Shown here: positions 1 to 7,451 of the stretch, piece by piece | How positions within the stretch are numbered: position 1 is the stretch's first letter | Layout of the letters: the number at the start of each line of letters is the position of its first letter | Source: an uncultured bacterium | Lineage (GTDB): Bacteria > Fidelibacterota > Marinisomatia > Marinisomatales > Marinisomataceae | NCBI GenBank assembly: GCA_943788675.1 | Contig: CALSRE010000002.1 | Span: forward strand, 6,679-70,678 | Direction: 5' to 3' | Length of the DNA: 64,000 nt | The notes under the pieces: model-generated | Databases searched by the model: none | Told to the model about the DNA's origin: nothing | The model's input: the letters and a program-made list of their open reading frames with translations, nothing else | Translations under genes and position numbers: made by a program

Positions 1-200
1 TCGTATTATCAGGTCTGACCTTCTTGATACATTTTTTGAGTATTATTCCATTCTATAGTTAGATGAGTATACCTGTTCCTCATCACGGATTTTTCGATTT
101 CTCTGTTAAAATATGAATACTATATTCTTTTTATTTCCCAATTGTTGGAATATCTCCAATCCAATTTCATTTGATTCGTTGTATGAAAATAAGACTTCAT
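1..200 (-). pseudogene. hsdS: Type I R-M specificity subunit (HsdS) 5-prime fragment, apparently degraded, runs off window
   Basis: Minus-strand ATG at 198-200 overlaps the hsdM-frame stop (TAATG). Translation gives MKSYFHTTNQMKLDWRYSNNWEIKRI* and a later ...SDLIIR stretch reminiscent of HsdS target-recognition domains, but it is broken by stops. No ORF >=60 aa in the track. Confidence 0.3.
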
Positions 201-1913
201 TAATCCAATATATCTTCATTTGTCCACCAATCTGTTCATCTAATTCAATAAATCTTGAGTGATATCTTCCAATGAACGAAGTGGTTTATACTTGTAGAAA
301 TACTTGGTGAAATTGATTTCATACCCAACCTTATCTTTATTTCTATCCATCCAAGAATCAGGTAAATGTGGTTTTACTTCTCTTTCGTAAGTATTCATCT
401 ATATCTTGTTCCAATGGAACTCGTTCATAATCTCTTTTCTTAGAATCTGGTTTAGGATTCCCTTTTTTATCAGTAATGAATTCTCCATTCATCATCTAAT
501 AATGGTTGTTCAATGGTAACCTTTGTATATCCAAAGAAATCATTTGAAAAATTTTACTATGTTCGATTCTTCAAAATTTTGAATATAATTGAATAATTCT
601 TCTCTTTGATCATCGTTATTTCCTTTCTTTTCTCACCTAAGTTTTTTCTCATTGATTTTGAAAATGGTTAACCATTAATCAATTGAACTTTACCTTTTCG
701 TTCAGAGATTTTTTATTTGTTAACAATCCATACATAAGTTGTTATACCTGTATTAAAGAATAATCTATCGGGTAAAGATACCACACATTCTAACCAATCA
801 TTCTCAATTATCCATCTTCTAATCTCTGATTCACCACTACCACTATCTCCAGTGAATAAAGGTGAACCATTAAATACTATTCCAATCCTACTACCATTTG
901 GTTCCATTTTGGAAATCATATGTTGAAGAAATAATAATGAACCATCTGAAGTTCGTGGTGTTCCTACACTAAATCTTCCCAATTCTTTGGACTCATTTTG
1001 AATTTGTATTCTTTTTCTGATTTCCAACTGACTCCAAATGGGGGATTGGTTATCATGTAATCAAATCGTTTCCTCCTTGAATGTTGATCCTCGAGTAAAG
1101 ATGAAACTAGGACCTCTGATATTATTTGGGTTCTTCACCAGTAATCAACATATCTGATTTACAAATAGAATAGGTTTGAGGATTTAATTCTTGTCCAAAC
1201 AAATTCACATCTACATCTGAATTGATGTTTTGATGAATCCAATCTTTTCCAATGGTTAACATCCCACCGGTACCACAACATGGGTCATATAAGGAAATAA
1301 TCTTATTTGGGTCTTTTAATACTTCTTTTTCGGTTGAAAAAACTAACGAAACTAATAAATTGACCACATCTCTTGGGGTATAATGTTCTCCACTGGTTTC
1401 GTTACTCATTTCTGAAAATTTCCTTAGAAGTTCTTCAAAGATATTCCCCATGACATAATTGTCTACGACTGAGGGATGTAAATCTATTTCAGTAAATTTT
1501 TCAACCAATAAATATAACTTATCATTAGAGTCCAACTTATCAATATGTTTTTGTAGTCCAAAGTTTTGAACGATATCTTGAACATTGGTTGAAAAGGATG
1601 TTAAGTAATCATAAAAGTTTTCAGATAATTTTGATGGTTCTTCTTTTAATCGTTTCAAGTCATATCGTGAATAGTTTGAAAACTTTAAGTTCAATTTAGT
1701 TTCAATAATTTTAGAGGTATCTTCAAAATTATTTTTGTATTCATTGTGGACTTTTAAAATATCATCTTTATGAGACTCTAATACACAATCCATTCTTCTT
1801 AACACAATAAATGGTAGGATAACATCACCATATTCATGTTGTTTAAATAATCCTCTAAGAACGTCATCACAAACGTTCCAAATAAATGATGATATTTCGT
1901 TATGATTTTTCAT
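200..1913 (-). pseudogene. hsdM: Type I R-M N6-adenine DNA methyltransferase HsdM, disrupted by several frameshifts and in-frame stops
   Basis: ORF 1122-1913 carries HYTPRDVV and DPCCGTGGML (SAM-binding); ORF 713-1027 carries the following HsdM core. The catalytic motif [14 protein letters not shown] is encoded in the gap 1027-1122 in another frame. HsdM C-terminal sequence (KGKVQLING*, NNDDQREELFNYIQNFEESNIVK, NDFFGYTKVTIEQP, VGYEINFTKYFY) continues through 200-712 across at least 5 stops or shifts. Confidence 0.8.
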
Positions 1914-2245
1914 TAATTACTCCATACTCCATACCCTCTTTTACGTAAGTATTCAGCTGTCTCGGCTTCCGCTTTTTCAACTGCTTTACGTGTTAAATAT
2001 GGATTTTTAACTCCTGTATTTTTCTTTCTTAAAAAATTACCAAACTTTTTAACATACCTGTTAGCTTTATATCCCTCCAAATGTTGATTAAAACGTACTC
2101 TAGGTTCATGAACTGACTGACCAACGTATACACATGGTTTTCCTTCCATATAATCAGGATTTTTATCTTTAAACTTTTTAATGTTCAAAATGTCTTTTTT
2201 AAGATTAATGACGTAAACATAGTATTTTCTTTTAATAGTTGACAT
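1913..2245 (-). CDS. GIY-YIG-like nuclease-fold protein (110 aa)
   Basis: YYVYVI (GIY-like), CVYVGQS (YIG-like), RVRFNQH, then an acidic helix AEAETAEY. Overlaps the upstream gene by 14 nt, and its stop abuts the hsdM start at 1913. Confidence 0.5.
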   Translation of the reverse strand: MSTIKRKYYVYVINLKKDILNIKKFKDKNPDYMEGKPCVYVGQSVHEPRVRFNQHLEGYKANRYVKKFGNFLRKKNTGVKNPYLTRKAVEKAEAETAEYLRKRGYGVWSN

Positions 2246-2666
2246 ATTTTTTAAGTTTTTCTTTTAAAATTTCAATGTCATCTGTTCTATTTCTGATAAT
2301 TTTTTTTCTTGAGTCAAAATTAAAATCAAAATATGACAATACTATCAAGTCAATTCCGTGCTTTGGAAGAACTTCTTTTCGTCTTTGATCATAAATTTTT
2401 CTTTGCTCTCCTCTGCTTACTCCACTTACAGTCATTTTATCAGGTTTATCAAAAAAAGGAACTTCTTCGGTATGTTGTCTTTCGTTAAACTCAATAACAA
2501 GATTTAAACTTTTATAAAAAGCGTCCACTGGTAATTTTCTACTAACACCTTTTTTGTTAGGATCCCCTCTAAGAAAATCAAAAGTATGAGAACGTAAAGC
2601 TTTTATGTTTAACAACTTGTCACATAGTTCAATTATGTAGTGCTCATCTTTAAGCTTCTTATTCAT
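2232..2666 (-). CDS. PD-(D/E)xK / DUF559 (Vsr-like) endonuclease-fold protein (144 aa)
   Basis: LPVDAFYKSLNLVIEFNERQH followed by GIDLIVLSYFDF matches the D...(I/V)E(F/V)(N/D)xxxH core and C-terminal strand pattern of DUF559/Vsr-like nucleases. Confidence 0.45.
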   Translation of the reverse strand: MNKKLKDEHYIIELCDKLLNIKALRSHTFDFLRGDPNKKGVSRKLPVDAFYKSLNLVIEFNERQHTEEVPFFDKPDKMTVSGVSRGEQRKIYDQRRKEVLPKHGIDLIVLSYFDFNFDSRKKIIRNRTDDIEILKEKLKKYVNY

Positions 2667-2850
2667 AATCTTTATATTTATTTACACCTGCTATTTCATC
2701 AGCTATATCACCAAATAACGCCCAAGAAACAAAGAAACATAACCAAATAGCTATAAAACTAAACCAAAACCCTTCTACCTGCATTAAATCGGGCCAGAAT
2801 AAGTATATTCCGCCTAGTAACAGTAAGAATAATGTGTTAAAACAGCCCAT
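2659..2850 (-). CDS. Small two-TM membrane protein (63 aa)
   Basis: Two hydrophobic segments (FLLLLGGIYLFW and FSFIAIWLCFFVSWALF). Overlaps both neighbours (8 nt and 14 nt), consistent with translational coupling. Confidence 0.5.
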   Translation of the reverse strand: MGCFNTLFLLLLGGIYLFWPDLMQVEGFWFSFIAIWLCFFVSWALFGDIADEIAGVNKYKDYE

Positions 2851-3190
2851 ATAATATTAACCAAATAAATATACCAAAACTTGATAGAGTAACAATAATA
2901 GGAATGATACAGCCGTCATTTTGCTCAACTGTAGATTTAGCAACTTGACGTTTTTTAACAACTTTTTTCTGATAATTTCTCTTATGTGCCGGAGATTTAT
3001 ATACCAATATAGCTTCGGCACAAATTTCCATCATTCTTTCAGCGTTATCTATTTCTTTTTGTGAATTTGATGTATTTGTTAATGCATTAAATTTTTTAAA
3101 TAATTTCTTTATTTGCTTCTGTTTTTGATCTGTTGTCCATTCACTTTTCAAGGATAATAAACCATCAATTTCTTTTTTTGTATATTTCAT
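2837..3190 (-). CDS. Tail-anchored membrane protein with a possible J-like (HPD-less) domain (117 aa)
   Basis: C-terminal TM IIPIIVTLSSFGIFIWLILYGLF. The N-terminal 70 aa follow the helical spacing of a J domain (LLSL..., IKKLFKKFNAL, AERMMEICAEAILVYKSPAHKRNY), but the HPD position reads TNT. Confidence 0.5.
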   Translation of the reverse strand: MKYTKKEIDGLLSLKSEWTTDQKQKQIKKLFKKFNALTNTSNSQKEIDNAERMMEICAEAILVYKSPAHKRNYQKKVVKKRQVAKSTVEQNDGCIIPIIVTLSSFGIFIWLILYGLF

Positions 3191-3987
3191 TAATCAAAGA
3201 GTTTTTCAAAAAAGCTTTTTTCTCTTAAGTTAAAGTATGTATCAAGCTCTTTTTTTACATGTTTATCTACATCACTTAGCTTAGCTCCTGATTCTTCATT
3301 ATTTATAATAAGTTGATATGGTTCAGATAGCGAAAATCTAAGCAGTGCATCAGCCCTTATTCTTGCTGAGGGGTGCGTACTGTTTTCAAGCTGGCTTCTG
3401 ACCAATTTTTCACTTTTAGTATCGAGTAAAAATGCAGAGGTGTCAAATCTTAAAAATTTATCACTCAAACCTGATTGTAGTCTTATCATTGCCTTAATTG
3501 CTAAGTCTACATTTATGCATGAAAGTAAACCAATTCTATCAGATGAAATCTCTCCTGCCCTACTATTTTTTGATTCAGTTTTAGTAATTTTCGGATTATC
3601 ATCAAAATAATTATGATTAAATAAAAAATGACCAATCTCATGCCCAATAATAAATTGCACCTCTCCATCTGACATTAAATTTATTAATTCTGAATTTAAT
3701 GCTATAATTGCACCTTTTTTTTGAAAATGTTTACAATGGGCGTTAATATCTGGCCTAGATAAAACAAATGCCTTAATTCGATTTTGCGGTACCTTTAGTC
3801 TATTGCAAACAATATTTAAGTTTTGATGAAGTTTTGGGGTGATTTCTTCAGATATTCTTAAACCAATATTAGAGTAATATGATTCATACTGATAAAGGTC
3901 TTCCAAGTTTGTAATATTAGATTCTTTATGCTTATCATGAGAATATCTTACAAATTTTGCTAAATCAAATGGGTCTGAAAAAGTCAT
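3190..3987 (-). CDS. Soluble M48-family (Ste24/HtpX-like) zinc metallopeptidase (265 aa)
   Basis: FIIGHEIGHFLFNH has the HExxHxxxxH spacing of M48. Downstream NSRAGEISSDRIG matches the SRxxExxxD third-ligand motif. Upstream ...INAHC...GAIIALNSELINLM is typical of M48. No TM segments. Confidence 0.7.
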   Translation of the reverse strand: MTFSDPFDLAKFVRYSHDKHKESNITNLEDLYQYESYYSNIGLRISEEITPKLHQNLNIVCNRLKVPQNRIKAFVLSRPDINAHCKHFQKKGAIIALNSELINLMSDGEVQFIIGHEIGHFLFNHNYFDDNPKITKTESKNSRAGEISSDRIGLLSCINVDLAIKAMIRLQSGLSDKFLRFDTSAFLLDTKSEKLVRSQLENSTHPSARIRADALLRFSLSEPYQLIINNEESGAKLSDVDKHVKKELDTYFNLREKSFFEKLFD

Positions 3988-5627
3988 CAGTCAATAGTAA
4001 ATGAATCGATTTTTTTATTTTTTGAACCTGCTTTTATGTTGAGAGAACCTTTTCTCATATCAAGATTTTCATCAACTAAAACTTTTCCAGTATAAGTATG
4101 AATAATTTTTATATGGAAAATTTGATTTTCATCAATTGAGTAAGAATATTTTAATGCACCCCATTCGGTTGTACATGTATAATCATCCGTAAATCTATTA
4201 TAAATTGATCTTGTCAAAAGTGGCCAATCAACTTCCTTGGTCCAAACTGAACTGACTTTGTCAGGAGATGATGAGTTCGAATATGATTCAGTAATCTCAG
4301 CTTCTAATGGCTTAGATGCGTATCCAAAATCTAATTGCTCGGACATTACAGCACCCGGTATATAAAATGTTTTATCAGTCTGTGCAGGAATTCTTTGACC
4401 TTTTTTAATTAAATTTCTATTTCTAAGTGGACCATTTTCAGATATTACAATTGTACCAAGATAAACATTGGTTATTTCTTTTATATCAAAAGCACCAACA
4501 ACTGCTTTTTGATTTATATTTAATGATTCTTTGTTCTTCAATGCAATATATATAGCTGCTCCTTTTGCTACTGTTTCATCAGGATTGCCATAATTTTTAG
4601 GACTCTTACCGATTTTTTTCTTTAACATTTTTTTTATTAGTGGAGTTCTTGAAGTACCGCCTACTAAAATTACATCCATAATATTATCTACAGATATTTT
4701 TGCTTGATCTATCGCATTATCAAATACTAAAATTGATTTTGCTACTAATGTAGATATTGCTTCTTCAAATTCTTTTCGAGTTATAATTATTTCATGACCA
4801 TCTATAAAAATATCTATCTCTTTTTCAGTAGATAAAGCAACCTTTGATTCTTCAGCTTTTATGATGCTATATTGTCTTGGAGATAAGTCTTTTCCAGTTA
4901 TTTCTTTATATTTTTTCTCAACTATATTTAAAAGCTTTAAATCTAAATCTTTTCCACCCAACCTTTTGGCTCCATCCGAAGCTAGAATTTTTACATTATC
5001 TCCCTTTGTTTCGACAACAGAGCAATCAAATGTTCCCCCTCCAAAATCATAAATAACATAAACACCGTCAATTTGAGAACTCACTGAATACGCAAGCGCA
5101 GCTGCCGTAGGCTCATCTATCAAATCAGTAACATTCATACCTATAGAATTTGCAGCTTTTAGCGTTTCTTGTCTTTGTTGGCTATTAAAATTAGCAGGAA
5201 CAGTAATCACTGCTTTATCAATTTTTTGACCAAATGCTTTTTCAACATTTTGAGTAATTTTTTTTAAAATAGCTGCACTAACTGTTGTTGGATTAAATGC
5301 TTCTTCTTGAAAATTGTACTGCTTATCCGAAGAAATAAACCTTTTTGTTTGTTCAATCACTGCTCTTGAACCATCATCTTTTAAGTACCATCCTTCCTTC
5401 ATTTGAGCGTCTCTATCATCTTTATTTAGAGAAATTAATCCTGTAATTGCAGATTTAGCACCATTTCCTACGGAAGGATTTTGATCTTTTTTTAAAAGCA
5501 TAACTGATGGAATAGTTGGAGCTCCATTGTTTCCATTTGGAACAACCTCAATACTTCCAGCATCATTTAAGATTGAAGCACAGGTATAGGTTGTTCCCAA
5601 ATCGATTCCAATAAGCAATTTTTTCAA
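3987..5627 (-). CDS. Divergent Hsp70-family ATPase (546 aa) with a short non-canonical C-terminal domain
   Basis: All actin-fold/Hsp70 NBD motifs are present: IGIDLGTTYTCASI, DEPTAAALAY, IYDFGGGTFDCSVV, ILVGGTSRTPLIKK, NPDETVAKGAAIY. About 175 aa remain after the NBD, with no recognisable helical lid. Confidence 0.9.
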   Translation of the reverse strand: MKKLLIGIDLGTTYTCASILNDAGSIEVVPNGNNGAPTIPSVMLLKKDQNPSVGNGAKSAITGLISLNKDDRDAQMKEGWYLKDDGSRAVIEQTKRFISSDKQYNFQEEAFNPTTVSAAILKKITQNVEKAFGQKIDKAVITVPANFNSQQRQETLKAANSIGMNVTDLIDEPTAAALAYSVSSQIDGVYVIYDFGGGTFDCSVVETKGDNVKILASDGAKRLGGKDLDLKLLNIVEKKYKEITGKDLSPRQYSIIKAEESKVALSTEKEIDIFIDGHEIIITRKEFEEAISTLVAKSILVFDNAIDQAKISVDNIMDVILVGGTSRTPLIKKMLKKKIGKSPKNYGNPDETVAKGAAIYIALKNKESLNINQKAVVGAFDIKEITNVYLGTIVISENGPLRNRNLIKKGQRIPAQTDKTFYIPGAVMSEQLDFGYASKPLEAEITESYSNSSSPDKVSSVWTKEVDWPLLTRSIYNRFTDDYTCTTEWGALKYSYSIDENQIFHIKIIHTYTGKVLVDENLDMRKGSLNIKAGSKNKKIDSFTID

Positions 5628-6856
5628 GACTGTTTACCCTTATTTTTTTGATTTGTATCACTAGGTATATAAATTGAGATATCAGCAGGACTTAAAATAA
5701 CTCTACTTCCATCAGATGCATTAAAATAATAACCTTCATTTATAGTTTCGCAAACGGTTTGATCATCCTTTTTGTTAGTAGTTTGAATTCTATCAATAAC
5801 ATGATGTTCATTCGGTTGAAGATCTTCTAATGGAGTATTTTTTTGAAATAATAGCGGATATACTTCCTCATTTTTTAATAATCTATCAACACTATTTAAA
5901 ATTTTTTCAAATTCATTATTTTCTGGATCAATATTTTTTTGCGAAAAAAACTCAATTCTTTTTCTAACTTCTAATATATTCTTAAGATATTTTTTCTTTA
6001 GTTTTGTGTTTTGTATATCTTTTAATTTACTCTCTTTTAATTCTAATTCATTTCTAAGTAATTTCAATCCTTCATTATAATTTAATTCAGCTTTTTTATC
6101 TAATTTTAAAACAGTTTCATTGATTGCTCTACCAAAGTCTGGTAATGCATCTTTAAGCTTTGTAACAAGTTCTAAAATTTCATTTTTTGTTATTTGCTCA
6201 TCTTCTTTTGTACTTAATTTTTTCAATTCTTGAGAAATATTATCAATATCTTTTTTAACAATTTCAGGTATCTCTATTGAATTATTATTAATCATTTTTC
6301 TCGAACTCAAAATTCTATAAAAAACAAAAGAAAAAGATGAGATAGCTATTAAAAAAAGAATTGATAATGCTAATATAGCATTGTTATCAATGATTGCCTG
6401 TCTTTTATTGAATGAATTTATAATTTTGTTTACTTCATTTTTGGCATCATCAACTTCTTTTTGAGCATTCTTATTTTGCTGCTCTACAAATGATTTTGCT
6501 TCGGAAATAGCCCTATCAGCCTCTTTTTTAGAATTTGAAATTATGTCAGCTGCTTGTTTTTCATTTTCAATAATGATTTTATTAGCAGAATCTTTTGCTG
6601 TAGCAATAATGCTTTTAGCGGTTTTATTTGCATTATAAAGAAAAGACTCGGCTTTAATTTCTTTTTTTAAAGCCTTATCCAAAATTTGATTTGCCTCATC
6701 TATTATCTGTTTGGCTTCTAAATTTGCTCCTTTGATAATTTTATCTTTAAATATTGTAAGAGAATCAATTTCTGAACTTTCTTGGGATTTTGGTATGTTT
6801 ATGTCTTGACAAATAGACAATGACAGAAAAAATACTAGTGGCAATATTCTATTCAT
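5624..6856 (-). CDS. Bitopic coiled-coil membrane protein with a GrpE-like C-terminal domain (410 aa)
   Basis: N-terminal hydrophobic signal or anchor (ILPLVFFLSLSIC). A repetitive A/K/I-rich coiled coil spans about aa 45-155, with a TM at about aa 160-183 (AILALSILFLIAISSFSFVFYRIL) and a second coiled coil after it. The C-terminus, LQPNEHHVIDRI...TINEGYYFNASDGSRVILSPADISIY, aligns by eye with the GrpE beta-domain (FDPxxHxA...GYxxxxRxxRxAxVxV). Confidence 0.55.
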   Translation of the reverse strand: MNRILPLVFFLSLSICQDINIPKSQESSEIDSLTIFKDKIIKGANLEAKQIIDEANQILDKALKKEIKAESFLYNANKTAKSIIATAKDSANKIIIENEKQAADIISNSKKEADRAISEAKSFVEQQNKNAQKEVDDAKNEVNKIINSFNKRQAIIDNNAILALSILFLIAISSFSFVFYRILSSRKMINNNSIEIPEIVKKDIDNISQELKKLSTKEDEQITKNEILELVTKLKDALPDFGRAINETVLKLDKKAELNYNEGLKLLRNELELKESKLKDIQNTKLKKKYLKNILEVRKRIEFFSQKNIDPENNEFEKILNSVDRLLKNEEVYPLLFQKNTPLEDLQPNEHHVIDRIQTTNKKDDQTVCETINEGYYFNASDGSRVILSPADISIYIPSDTNQKNKGKQS

Positions 6857-6981
6857 TTAATAATATAATGATAAATCAATATATAATAAATTTTTTAAAA
6901 AATAATATATTGAAACAATTTTTTAAAATACAAGTACACGTATTAGAGAAAGAATTTTGAGGCAATCCTAAAGGAGCTTCA

Positions 6982-7443
6982 ATGCTAATAAATATATTCT
7001 TCTCATTTTCATTCTTTTTACTTCAATTATCTACTGCAGATAACATTGAATTCACCATCTTTAATAAAACCGTCCTTATACAGGACTCTGTAGAGCATTT
7101 AGTCAAAGAACGCATTGACGATGACGGAATGATCGAAACCACTGTTTACTCTGATGATATACGCAAAGAAATGGGTACTATCTCATTTTCTGAGGCATTT
7201 AGAGAAGCACGTAAGATAAAAGGTGCTGGTAAAACCTTTGAATGGAATGGTAAATACTACACCACAGACTTTTATTACGAAACTATCATTGTAGTTGGTG
7301 ATGAAGTAACTAGCGTGAATAAAGAAACTAAAATGTACTATACAGATGAACGCTTAAGTGATATGATTGCGATACGTTCATACAAAGATAATAAAGATAC
7401 GAAAATTGAGTTCAGTTTTCTTGATTATGCTACCAATCAGTAA
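6982..7443 (+). CDS. Secreted or anchored protein carrying the SFxEAF...TFEWNG..Y.T motif (153 aa)
   Basis: AAAGGAG RBS upstream, hydrophobic N-terminus, and the motif SFSEAFREARKIKGAGKTFEWNGKYYTT at 7183-7266. Confidence 0.6.
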   Translation: MLINIFFSFSFFLLQLSTADNIEFTIFNKTVLIQDSVEHLVKERIDDDGMIETTVYSDDIRKEMGTISFSEAFREARKIKGAGKTFEWNGKYYTTDFYYETIIVVGDEVTSVNKETKMYYTDERLSDMIAIRSYKDNKDTKIEFSFLDYATNQ

Positions 7444-7451
7444 GAAGTATG

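Noticed and set aside
4861-5052. Plus-strand ORFs lying inside long minus-strand genes. Examples: 4861-5052, 7573-7791, 9802-10002, 12485-12670, 12730-13119, 13807-14112, 15318-15560, 16874-17188, 26836-27069, 29249-29494, 43850-44218, 45780-46046, 53020-53232, 54516-54779, 58271-58677, 61295-61483 and 61832-62086.
   Set aside because: Each is fully antisense to a gene with clear family motifs. Their translations are low-complexity (Ser/Leu/Phe-rich) with no RBS or recognisable domain. They are typical shadow ORFs in AT-rich DNA.
1913-6856. Interpreting the Hsp70/GrpE-like genes as the housekeeping dnaK-grpE-dnaJ locus.
   Set aside because: The Hsp70 is ~90 aa shorter than DnaK and lacks the lid. 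The GrpE-like domain is the tail of a 410-aa membrane protein. No canonical DnaJ (HPD, Gly/Phe region, Zn-finger repeats) is present. The operon continues into peptidase and nuclease genes.
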